Part shown: in pieces, positions 12,201 through 23,551 of the stretch | How positions within the stretch are numbered: position 1 is the first letter of the stretch | How the letters are laid out: every line of letters begins with the position of its first letter | From: Neodothiora populina | Lineage: Eukaryota | Direction of reading: 5' to 3' | NCBI RefSeq assembly: GCF_041146345.1 | Contig: NW_027191413.1 | Location: 2,914,001-2,978,000, forward strand | Length of the DNA stretch: 64,000 nucleotides | Notes under the pieces: model-generated | Seen by the model: the letters and a program-made list of their open reading frames with translations, nothing else | Database searches by the model: none | Told to the model about the DNA's origin: nothing | Translations under genes and position numbers: made by a program

Positions 12201-12732
12201 GTTGAGTCCTCTGTTCTAATACTTCCGACGCGTGAGCTATAGCTTCAGCTTCAGTCATGCTGTGGTAGACCGATAGATGCGCGATAAGTTGTTGGGGAGT
12301 TTCGTATGACTCTTTGCAGCCGGATGAGCATGTGCACGGATGTTCTGAATTGTTAAGTAGGATATGCAACGATCTAGTAGATGTGTCAGAAGGCGATGAC
12401 AGGTAGGGCCTGTTCTCGAAGGCAGCTTTCGCGCGGTGTGTTCCAGATTCCACCGAATAATGATGTTTGACAATGAGGTGCCCTCTCAAAGCTCTCTGTC
12501 GTTTATAAAATCGATTATTGCAACCCTCGACACAACACTGAATAGCCGATGAGGTCTGACGCGCTCCTTGAGATCGAGGATTGCTTCGCCGAATGTGCAC
12601 TACCTGTGGAGGAGCTTTAAGGCCATCGTCGGTAGCGTGTGATGTCGCCCAACGACCAACATTATCCACCTCATCACTCTCGATGCTTGGGTTCTTGAAG
12701 TATAAGATATCATCTTGTATCACACGCTGCAT
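9298..12732 (-). CDS. Multi-domain protein: N-terminal C2H2 zinc fingers, 42-aa TPR repeats, and a C-terminal fungal C2H2-type domain
   Basis: The 813-aa ORF joins via introns 10328-10387 and 10014-10070 to give ...LACPFYKIDPKKYANC..NYVKQHLWRCHLQPLHCRSCYQNF..LTQH..C...WFLVFDILFP..RPSSPY, then the 9298-9981 ORF. N-terminal fingers: CVEGCNNRF..LRGHLIVKH and CSSGCKESY..LIAHLSVYH. TPR: GKEHPNTIKAMSNLAATY. The first in-frame ATG is 12732; the true start is uncertain. Confidence 0.8.
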
Positions 12733-13286
12733 CTTGTAGAATAACTTATGGCATGAAATATCCCTTTGGAGAATCTCTGCGCAGTATGTGAAGGACGTCG
12801 AGTATACTGGGAGAGCGTGATCCAAAAAATATTACTGACTAGAATGATCACAAACGATCATCACACAAAGCGATGGCTCTGTTCTGCACAGAGAGCGGAG
12901 TGCACCACTGTGCGTTCATGAATGCGCCATCGTTTTGCTATGTTCTAGCAAATATGCGGCATGATGTAACAATGCATTCCATTGATGAAATGTCGGATGC
13001 GCAGCATGCTGACCAGGCTGAAAAAAACTGACGCGCCTGGACGAACTCACACTGGTGCAGACTCGAATTACCACTGTAGATTGTGTTCTCAATTCTGTGC
13101 AGATAGCTATATCTGCTTCGAGGTGTGGTCACTTCTGAAATCGATAATGGCGATTATTCAGGAGAATGTTTATAACCCTCCCTGTATGGCATTGAGGTAT
13201 ATTTTGCCCTAGCCAGCGGAGTACGTAGACAATCCATCAGATTTTGACCGATTGAACACGGTATCATCGCATCATATTGATCAGAA

Positions 13287-13784
13287 ATGTCCTACTCGGA
13301 TGTCTTGTCGATTGTGTTCGGGAGCATTGCCTCGTTACAAGCCCTTATCCTATTCATCCCAGCTGTAATACACCTTTCAGAGAGGTGTCTTCGAGTCCGT
13401 CGAGAGTCGACGCTAGAGCTTGGTCCCGAGAACGGCTCTTTGCATGAGGGTGCAGATACATCTTTGTCGCCTACCATGAGGCCAAACTCGGTTGGAGAGG
13501 AGGCCCGCAATCGTACGCGTACCAATGACTCGTGGCCTATCCCGACAGACCTCGGAGCGGCACGCAATCGGCCCAATCATCGGGGAGGGAATCATCATAC
13601 GTCCACAGTAAGGCCCACCCCCATTCCATAATTGTTCTAGAGCATAATCTGATCATGTGAATAGGAACCCGTATTGGTGTATGAGGAGCCGACGACTTCT
13701 GTAGAAATGGGCGCTCCTGGTCTGAGTGCGCAGCGCGAAGGAGATGTGACGAGTTCGAATGCAAACGTGGATAGTGATGAGTGA
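13287..13784 (+). CDS. Small orphan protein with an N-terminal transmembrane helix
   Basis: MSYSDVLSIVFGSIASLQALILFIPAVIHL followed by a hydrophilic tail. A plausible phase-0 intron 13608-13664 (GTAAGG...CTGAT...TAG) extends it to TGA 13784. Confidence 0.5.
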
Positions 13785-14161
13785 ATGAGTGTAATAAGGT
13801 TGCATTGCTGGGAAAGTGCGACTTTGGATACATGAGATATCGTCAATGCAGGCTCTCACGGCAGGAGACACTCAGTGATACCTAGCTTTGAGGTATATAA
13901 ATTTCCTAGATTAGTACTTAGTCATCAATTAGCACCATTGGGTTAGTGGTAAACTTGGTCGTTGCCAGCTTCCGCAGCAAGTTCGACCAGCCCCGTGTTC
14001 GATTCACGGATGGTGCAACGAATTTTTACTTGTTGGCCTCTATATTCACCACTCATGTATCGAGTACGAGTGTTGTCGGAACTACTACAGCAGACCCATC
14101 TCTACAAAATTCAAAATCATATAGATGCCCATACTGTCGGTCTACAAAGGAGCTCGTTTTT

Positions 14162-14381
14162 AGTCATTGACTCTTCTCTAGGCAGTCCTTGACAGTTTAC
14201 TGGACAGTCATCGACCATTCACTGAGTAGCCATTCACCATTCATCGAGGGTTCATTGACACTTCATGCGCGAGTCACTCACTACTCGTTGAGAAGTCATT
14301 ACCCAATTATCGAGGAGTCACTAAGAAATCGAAGACCGTTCATAGAGGAGTTACTGCATATTCATTGTTAAGTCATCGGCC
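14162..14381. repeat. Degenerate tandem array of 20 x 11-bp units (consensus ~A[G/T]TCAYYGASN)
   Basis: The sequence parses without indels into agtcattgact|cttctctaggc|agtccttgaca|gtttactggac|agtcatcgacc|attcactgagt|agccattcacc|attcatcgagg|gttcattgaca|...|attcattgtta|agtcatcggcc. Confidence 0.8.
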
Positions 14382-14561
14382 AGATACGAGCTCCTTTGTA
14401 CATAGCGCAATTGTTGAAATTTGTTTTGTCCATCGACTCTTTCAATGCCCTGTCCAGGCCGCAGATCACATCCCCGAAGTCCGAAGCATTGCGGCTCTGT
14501 TCTACCATATTTAGGGTCTAAGTATATGTAGATATGTAGAGCCGCGTGCTCATTCCCACAG

Positions 14562-15129
14562 ATGTCAACTATACATGAAGCTCTCTTCTACAAAGATAAG
14601 GAACAATCGATCATGGTGCTCGAAGCCGGCTACCCAGGCACGAATGGCTTCCGAAAAGTAACCAAAGTAACAGTCCTGGTCAAGAAGAAGCCTGGCATGA
14701 GTGATGAGGACTTTGTGACACACTATAACCACGCTCATGCTGCGATGGCGGCGCCGGTGCTACTTCGTCATAACGTCCTTACTTATTCTCTCGTGAGTCT
14801 TGCCTCACTCAAGGTTTATACGTCGGGTCGCAGGGCCATAAGCTGATTCAACATGTTCTTAACTGCGACATTAGACATACCATCTGCAACGCGACAGGAC
14901 GATAATGTCAGATATGCTGCATGGGCGTGCACAGCTATTACCATACGACGCCATCTGCACGTTTGTGTTCAACGACTACAAAGATTTTGCAAGGTTCATG
15001 TACGATCCAGAGAGCAAGGGGCTGACGGGAGATCATGACAATTTCATGGTCGAGGACGAGATGAGAATGATGGTTGGCGACGAGTACATGGTAATCGAGG
15101 ACGGGGAGATGGTCAAAAAAAAGCAATGA
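14562..15129 (+). CDS. EthD-domain protein (dimeric alpha-beta barrel)
   Basis: VTVLVKKKPGMSDEDFVTHYNHAHA...YDAICTFVFNDY...DHDNF..MMVGDEY. Intron 14793-14874 joins the two ORFs in frame. Confidence 0.85.
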
Positions 15130-15391
15130 CAGTAGAGTGTGATGAGCGACTGAAAGTGCTTCGAGGGACAGGCGACGATCTGCCAGGTGGTGGAGCACTC
15201 TTGCAGTGCAGTAAGTCACAAGTTCCGAGGAGGAGCATTGGCTGGACGGGGAATCATGGACTCATATTGAGAAGGTGTATATCCGCAGCTCATTGCAGTG
15301 CCGTGTACCAAAATTGATGTGTACCAGTGCAACCTCCTCCCTCTGCCGCCCAGTCCATGCAGCACAAAGGCGTCGTCGTAAAAGCATTCAT

Positions 15392-16284
15392 TTACACGTA
15401 ACCTGCAACAAAGGCCGTATTAATCAAAACATGCTCCTTTTTCCTTTTTGTGTATAGTCCCAGCCTGACACGGCCAACCCGAAAGAAAGAGTGAGTCTCA
15501 TCAACCCAACATACCTTTTCGGCCACCCTGGAAGAACATTTTGACAACAAAGACCTGCAGACAGGCCATTGAAACAATCATCGCACTCTCCATGAGCGAG
15601 AAATTAAAGATACGGCTCTCGGTACTCCTGACAGTGCTGAAGTTCCTGTTCTCGCGAGTGCGGAAGTACTTTTGCTGGCGCGTGACGGTGCTGAGTTGGC
15701 CAGACAACTTGAGAATGCTCTCCTCGAGCTTCGACACTTGTTCGGGGGCTGAGCCTTGCTTTGAGGGAATGGCGGCATTGCGAACTTCGTTCTCAATAGC
15801 GATTTCGAAATCGATCATCTTGTCGGCGAAAGTGCTAATGCTGTTGTCGAAGCAGAAGCGGTACTCGCCCACCTCTTGCGCAGTGAAGACATAGTCGCCC
15901 TGTCGTTCCTTGGATCCATCCAGAATCGTCTTCTCCTTGTTGGGCTCAGAGCTGGGGCCATAGACTGCGTAGTCAACTGAAGCGAAGGGAGCGCATGGTT
16001 AGAGATGGGATATTTATGGTGTTGACTGATTGATATCATGTATGCTTACCATCAAATGAACCACCACTTTGTACCTAAAGATAATCTGATCAGTATGATT
16101 TTCACATTCGCAAAGACTCGATGATACATACTGCGAAATAGAAAGCTATCTTCGCTCCCTTCTGATCTACATAGGAGAAGAAGCACTCCTTTCCGTTCGG
16201 GGGCAGCTTATACGTCAAGGCTGTGGCGGACGTGAAAGCCGTGATGAAGCCCAGGAGACTCAGCAGCGTGAAAAGCGGCGTCAT
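15392..16284 (-). CDS. p24/emp24/gp25L GOLD-domain cargo receptor (p24-gamma, Erp2/3/4-like)
   Basis: Signal peptide, KECFF..FYFAVQSGGSFDVDY..GEYRFCFDN, coiled coil YFRTRENRNFSTVRSTE, a TM helix and tail FFQGGRKGYV. It has three introns, a 25-nt internal exon and an 11-nt terminal exon. Confidence 0.92.
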
Positions 16285-18014
16285 ATTGTGCGATTACAGT
16301 GCAAGACTGACAATTGGCGAGGACACTGAAGGGGTTGGATATGTCGTCGCTATTGCTGCTCTTTCTTTTTGGAGCTCCTGCACTATTGTTGTCGCGTGGC
16401 TCCTACTCTTTCGGGGGAGCCATAACCCCGTGTCTTGGCAAACATACCCACCTTGTGCTGAGCACAGACTATATTCAAGAGAACAACCATAAATGGGTAT
16501 GGTCGGCAAGATTACTGATATAGTTATACCTACCTACTGTGTCTCAATCTACCGCTGTTTTCAAAGAAACGTGTGCGATCAGCTGCTCTTCTCCTTCAAG
16601 CTGAACACATCGTTGGAATGAAGCGTGTAAAAAATCAGTTCTAGTGCATGAATCCACCCGATGATCCCACTTGACACTACAGCTCTTACACTCTAGTAAT
16701 GCATCGTTACTAGCCTGCCCAAATGTGAACACGGTATGGACGCGGGGCTTCGCAGCATGGATACATGCTGAGATTGTACAAACTAATCCCTCACTTGCCA
16801 TCTCATTGGAACGCGGAACCACGGGAGTATCGTATTATGCCTCGGTGCAGGTAGACAGCAGGTCAATAGGGATCCAGACCGAACAGACTATGATCAGATC
16901 AAGGCAAAGCATCTTGCACTTATGACGAACCTCAGTTCTTCCTTCCTTGCGAAGCATCGAAATGATTTGACGTGGTCGTTTGGTCATTACTCGCTCGTCG
17001 CATTCTGCCAGTGTTGAACGTCTACAGGTAGTTTGGGCATGCATCACGAGGCCTCTGACCCAGTGCCTCAGACTAGATCCTAGCATCTATTCACGATAGC
17101 AGTGCCCTACTGATGACATCGAGATTCCCCCTCAGCAGCATCATACCCTACCAGATCGAGTTTGGTGTTGGTCCGAATTCCGGCCAGCGGCCAACATGAG
17201 CGTCAGAAGTCGCGAACGCACCCAGAGTTCTGGACCGGTTCCCTGGTTCGATGATGCCTGCACTGGTCCAGCGATCGCATGTGATTCTCTCCAGGTGGTT
17301 GCCTCTACACCGGTTCTGGTTGTCATTGCAGTTGCTTGTCTTTCTGCCATCATCCAATTGCTTCACTTAACAACAATGATGGTACCATCAATATGAAGCA
17401 GCTGGTGGCTAATCGCTAAGTCGTCTTAGGTGTCGAAAATCAGGTCTCAAAGAACTCAACTAATCATGCACGTAGAGCAACTTGGGCACTGTTCTGTCAC
17501 GAGCGCTACTGCACTTTCCCTTCTAGGCGGACCCTAGCACGACCATCATCAACAAGTTTCTGGGGCCACCGTTCTTTAGCATGATTCGCCTGTTGCCAGT
17601 TGACTTTGTAATTACTGCAAACTTCTACTGCTTCCAGAAGATATTCTACCCACTGTCAGCTTGATATGGGATGGTGCTTGTGGGGTTGCGCTATGCGCTG
17701 TACCGCCCTTGTTAAACGGCCTCTCACGCCATCCTTACCCGGGATGACCCCAGATCTGGGATCCCACACTCTCCGCGGCCAATGCTCCGACGTGTCTACT
17801 GTGTCCAGCGAGTCTATATGACATCGGCCATGCATAACAATGCGATTGACAAACACTCCTATAAGACTATAATAGGCTTACCAGTGCATGAGTCCATACC
17901 TGCTGAGCAGCGCCACTTTGGCAATGTTTCGCTGAGCCTGTAAGAATTGTAGTATCTGCCGGACGCCTTGGGTACAGCCTGGTTTGCTGGTACAATTCGA
18001 GCACTTGGTGACTG

Positions 18015-19525
18015 ATGGGATACAACTTCTCTTCCCACGTACAAGATAAGAACACTAGGCAGTCACGTCCAGAGCAGATTCCAGGCACCGTCTTCGGTTA
18101 CTCTCAACTCCTTCCGTCACTATCGTCGTCACTCGAAACCTCTCTTTATGGTATGGCTGCGTTAGAAGATCTTCAAGATTCGGCTCAGGTCGACGGATCA
18201 GACTCTGGATCTGACGATGGTTCATCAACGCCATTAGCAGAAATCCCTACTTTGCTGTCGCCTCCAAGCATGACGAGAGCGCTGAGCACAGGTCCGTCCC
18301 TAGAGGGCTTGTTATGCAGTCATCATGCTCGCAGCTCCGGGTCAATTCCATCTATCGACACTGTCCTCCGTGAAGGAGGTGCTTCACGCTGGTCTGGTGA
18401 GTTACAGACCAGCTGCGTGTCATCCGCACGAGTCATGACTTCATCTGAGTACGACGTGGATCTCGCCTGTTTTGCCGAACACGAGAAACTCATCGAGGCT
18501 TACGAGTATGCTTGCGAGAACAACAACCTCGAGGATCTATTGACGCTCCCACTTCCTTGCGATCCAGACGATATCTGGACCGAGATCGAAGATGTCGTGG
18601 TTCGGGGACGACACTGGGAGTATTTGGTCAGACTTATGATTAGATTTGGCAAACGCTTTGATAGTGACTTTGTTGCTAGTGTCATATCCTCTAATTATGA
18701 AGACTACTCCAAGGTCAGCATAATTGAGCTGGCGCTGTTGCATCAGTGGAATATCAACTCTGTCAAAGCTTCAGATGAGGGCCATATCCTCAAGCAAGTC
18801 GACCTCATGACTCGTCATTCCGTGATCTCCTGCTGACTGATCGTCACAGTGAGGCCCTCGACAACGACACGTTGGTTCCTTTGGATTGTTTGCTACACTA
18901 CCATGCCGATCCAAACATTGCGTTTGCCTCACTCGAGCTAGATAGAGAAGACCCGATACGTACATCGACAGGTCTACCGCTTCAAGATGCTCTGGAATTT
19001 GGCACCACCGAGCAAATTGCCGCCCTACTGCACTACGGCGCTTCGCCTAATCTTGCGAATGGTATACACGTTGCGATCCGATCCGAAAGCGACGAGGCTC
19101 TGAAGATCAAGATCCTGCTTCACTATGGAGCAGACAAGGACGCTGTTGAGTGGGCTGGCAATGCGACCATGTCGGCACTGCTCCATCAGCTTGGTGTTAC
19201 ATGCTTGTCGCCTCTAGCGCTTGCGTACTTACTCGGAAAGTCGCACGTGGTGCAGTTCTTACTTGATACCACGCTCGACCCGGCAAGTCTCTTGTCAAAC
19301 AAGTCGTACATTCCATCACGCAACCGCAGTGACAGAAGGGTCTTGCGGCTCAAGGGAAGGAAGGTCAAAAGCAGAGGTAAAGTTGAGTTGCTTGGGTGTA
19401 GAAAAAGTGGAGGACAGGAGAAGTCAGCAATTACACTATCGAGCAAGAGTCGTGTCAGCAACAGCAGACATGTAGCCCGGTCCATCAGATTGAGGAAGGG
19501 TATGCGAATGCAAGTGATGACTTAG
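18015..19525 (+). CDS. Ankyrin-repeat protein
   Basis: Repeats LDCLLHYHADPN, GLPLQDALEFG..IAALLHYGASPN, IKILLHYGADKD and SPLALAYLLGKSHVVQFLLD. The two ORFs join in frame through a GC-AG intron 18794-18849. The start could be 18015 or 18153. Confidence 0.7.
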
Positions 19526-22500
19526 ACGAAGGGTGGAAGTCATATGATAGTGCTTCTATCTTGCCCGTCAAGGTTGTGGATTTGATTGACATCGTAGCTT
19601 CCATTTAAATCCCATATCTGCATTGCTAATTTGAACTTTGATCTTCAGTCTGCGCTCCGTACTTACTTATGCATGTGAGGGGCCATGCAAACTTTACGAT
19701 TGCATCCTCGAGACTATAACACTATACCAGCAAGCACGCATATAATCGCACAACATACCAGTTGCATCAGTGAAATCCTATTGTCCTCAACCAGCCATCC
19801 ACACAACGTTCATCCCCTCATCGACTCCAGCATATACCAAGGTAGGCAAAAGAACAACTCATACCTTACCTCCTCTATCCATGGGTCAGGTATCTCCGGT
19901 CCTCTCCGTAGTACCTCCTCGCGCGAAGTTTGTGCTTCTCGTGGACTCACATGTGCATAAGGGCAGCATGTGTGAGCTACTGCATGTACGTGCCCGAATT
20001 CAGGTGCGATAATGTGACTGCTCACGTGAACGGCACAGAGACGTCATGTTGCGGGCGAGTGAGTTACGGGAGCTTATGAGTGGTGCACGAGGGATGTCTG
20101 CAGATGGATAGGTTGCTTCTACGGTATCTTAGTGAGTTCATTGGTTGGAGTCTACCTGCTTGCTTGCTCGCTTGGATGCCTCTTGCACACGGAGAGATGG
20201 GTACTTGTGTGGAGTATCGTTAACTTTTTTAATCTCTATACTGATTTGTGCGCTCTTGTCCAGTAGTGTTCCGAGGACGAACTTGTGGTGCTCGAAAAAG
20301 GTGCCCGCCGTGGTTGCTGCCTCGAAGAACGGACATGATTGCAATGGTAGACCCAAGGTGGCGAAATGGGTGGTTCAAGCAGGACCCGCCGTGTTAGAGC
20401 ATAATGTCATCGACTTTTATGCATGGCAGAGCGGTGCTACAACCACTCATTGACAGACAGCTACCGTATATGACACAACTCAGCAGAATCGGGCCACAAA
20501 CAGTACTTGCATAAGAGTTATTTTTGGCAGACCGGACTGCTGGAAATGACAACACCTAGGTTAGCAGTGTGAAATGCATACGGCACAACACAGCCACTCA
20601 GCGATGAATGATTTCACATCGCCATCACCATCATTAGATCGAGTCCGACTCTCGAGCCTCGGCTGATACGCATGCATATCTCTAAATAGAAACCATTGAC
20701 CTACCCACCGAGCAATGTAATGTAAACGACGCACAACTCAACCATGGAACGACGCACTCAGCGCTCAGCACAGCACGTAGATATATCAAAGCACAAAATG
20801 TACGCAAAGCGAAGTCGCCAGTGGCAAGCTTGCAAATCAATGCATTTTGGCTGATCAGCTGGTTTGAACCCTTTGATCGACAGGTACAATTCAGCGCACC
20901 GTTCATGCGCTGGACGATCGTGAGCCATATGGAAACAAATGCAGTGCGGTGTAATGTCGTGGTTACAGTAATTGTAACGTAGCTTTCACCTTGCAATAGT
21001 GGTCGTATTTGATTGGACTCCTTGGACAATGCTCTTTCTTTCGTCTCGAAATCAATAGTCGCCATTTCCACAATCATCTACTTACAGTAGCATCACATGT
21101 TACCTTATCAGCTTTTCCATGTGTGGGGGAGGAGGGGGCAAAGCTCAGAGCTCGAGAAATAACAAGGACTCACACATCCCCCTATCCATCCAGCATACGA
21201 TCTCCAGCGATTCGACGAGTTTCACTCCTTTTAGTGTAAAGTAACCTTACTTGCTCAAGAGAGTGTTCTAGAGGGTAATCATATCTGTCGTGGAACAAAA
21301 ATGCGAGCGATCAGCTTTACTTTGGCGCGGCTCGATCAATCGTACAGTACGTATCCGACAGCTCTTCCCCTGAGAGGCAACGTGCAAGGTAGGTGTGTTT
21401 GGGAGCTGTTGACGGCAACCATAAGTCGAGAGGAGTAAAAGTGATGTAATTGATGGAAGACACATCGTGGCTCAGCAGCAGTAGCCGCCAGAAGCGCGCA
21501 ACTTAACGGGGAACGAACGGGGTGGAAGAGCAGTCAGGAACGCTCGGTGCGGTCGGAGATTACGTACATGCATCCGAATCGATCGTTGATTGTTTGCGCG
21601 TCGTTAGGAGTGTAAAACCCGAGTTGGATTATAATAAACATCTGTGCTAAATAGCACTAGGAAGAGAGACAGCTTTGCATTCGACCCATCACGGTATCGT
21701 CGTCATCATCATCATTGCTTATTGTCTCCGGGCCGACGAGGGAAGTCAGTATGGTTACTGTATGTGGAGTTTAGTACGAGACTTCCTATTGTAGCTACTG
21801 TGAGGAGTACTCGTATCCCCTGCCCTCGATACGCTCGCGAGTACGAAAGAACGAAAGAAGATTTGGGGTGAGATAGTGTCTCATCATACTTCTATGCAGG
21901 GAAAAGGGGATTCGAGTACAATAATCAGACTTTGTATTGTGTTTCACATAGTACTGATTGTAAGGATCAGTACTATCGTACAGTCTAAAGTACTACGGAG
22001 AACGGAGTTTCTACCGTGGTGTGGTAGGAACATCAACCTGTGTATTTTACATACCACCTCACAAGCTCATCGTGTTAAGTCAACGCTACATCGTAAACGG
22101 ACAATGGCGGGCCAGAAAAGCAAAGATCACAGACAGACTTGCACGCGACAACGGCACTGCCGACTCAACGGCTCGTCAACAAAACAAAAGTGCACTGTGA
22201 AGTTGCGAGGGTTAATTTCCCTTGGAAAATCCGATGTCAAATCATAAACTCGCAACGACTTAGCAGCGGTCAAATTTCACAACTGCAAAATACTCATTTC
22301 ACTTCATATAATTTCAAATGGTAGCAACAACAGTGGCAACTACGATTATACGTGGAAATTTGCAAAATTGAACAGGTTTGATGGGGGGCGGAAAAAAAGG
22401 TAGAATGTAAGATTTTCGTCGACCTTGGTGCGATGTAAACTTGAACATGATGTGGTTATTGAATCTCTCATGTGAACCTCTAACTGCAGCAGATAGGATT

Positions 22501-22873
22501 GGATATAAAAATTTGATATGCTTCGTGATATCGTTGCGTTGCCTGAAAGCTCTGGTATGTGCTTTATAAACATTTGAAAAAATTGTTGTGAAAAGAGGAG
22601 AACATGTCTTCTTCTAATCCGCCAAATGGAAAACAAATACTGCCCGGTATAAACAACGGGGGGTCCTGTACCCTTGGGAGAAGGAAACATGTCCACAAGA
22701 ATCGAAAAAAGGTGTGAGAAAAGATGTTTTGGTCGCGCAGAACGCTCAGCGCGCAGCTCTTCAAAACAATGCTAACCATACACTGGCAAAGGGTGAGTTG
22801 GCTGGGCCGATGTGTATGAGCTTATGTTCTGTTGCTTTCAACATGTTAATTTTTGTCGAGGAGATCAATCGAT

Positions 22874-23551
22874 CTATAGGAGAGTGGTCTTGACGCGCTT
22901 GTCGTCACCGACACGGCAGCCACCGGAGGCAGCCCCGTCATATGTGCCCTTCATGGCGCCGGTCTGGGAGCCGTTGTCGCAGTTGAAGAGGTCATATTCC
23001 TGCCAGCAGGAGTCGCCAGACAGGCACTTAAAGACGCAGGTGTCCATGTCGGAGGTGCAGCCATCAGTCTCGATGGTCATGGAGTGACCGCCCATGTTGA
23101 CTTCGCGGGAGACATCGAAGGTGGAGAATTGGCCGTCGAAAGTGTACTCGCCCCAGGTCTCGGAGATCTGGCCGTTTGCCATAGTGGTGTTCTCGTAAAT
23201 GGCAGCCCAAGCACCGGAAGCACCGCTGGAGAAGGAGACGTTGAGGCTGGTTCCGTTGGACATTTCGTAGGTGATGAGAGGCTTCTTGACGTTGACCCAG
23301 CTGCCCTCGGTACCCCAGACGACAAGGGTGACGTTCTCGCCGGAGACGTTTTCGAACTCGGAGATGTACTCGCCGTCAGTGCCGATCCAGGCTTCGCAGT
23401 CACTGGTGAAGGAGTTGGTGCCAGTAAGAACACCGAGGATGTTGAGGATAGTGCCCTCGATATCTTCGATAAGGCCGCGCTTCTGGATGGCAGCAGCGTT
23501 GCTGAAGGCCAAGTTGGCCACAAGGCAGAGGAGAGGGATGAATGAAAGCAT
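22874..23551 (-). CDS. Secreted cysteine-rich protein, allergen Asp f4-like / effector-like
   Basis: Signal peptide, Kex2 site QKR, TWGEYTF..STFDVSREVNMGG..CTSDMDTCVFKC..C..L.NC..GGC, and strong codon bias. Confidence 0.8.
   Translation of the reverse strand: MLSFIPLLCLVANLAFSNAAAIQKRGLIEDIEGTILNILGVLTGTNSFTSDCEAWIGTDGEYISEFENVSGENVTLVVWGTEGSWVNVKKPLITYEMSNGTSLNVSFSSGASGAWAAIYENTTMANGQISETWGEYTFDGQFSTFDVSREVNMGGHSMTIETDGCTSDMDTCVFKCLSGDSCWQEYDLFNCDNGSQTGAMKGTYDGAASGGCRVGDDKRVKTTLL

Noticed and set aside
14162..14381. CRISPR-like interpretation of the 11-bp array
   Set aside because: The units are contiguous with no spacers, there are no cas genes, and the context is eukaryotic.
16500..18000. 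Several 60-90 aa ORFs between the p24 and ankyrin genes
   Set aside because: No motifs or codon bias; treated as the intergenic divergent-promoter region.
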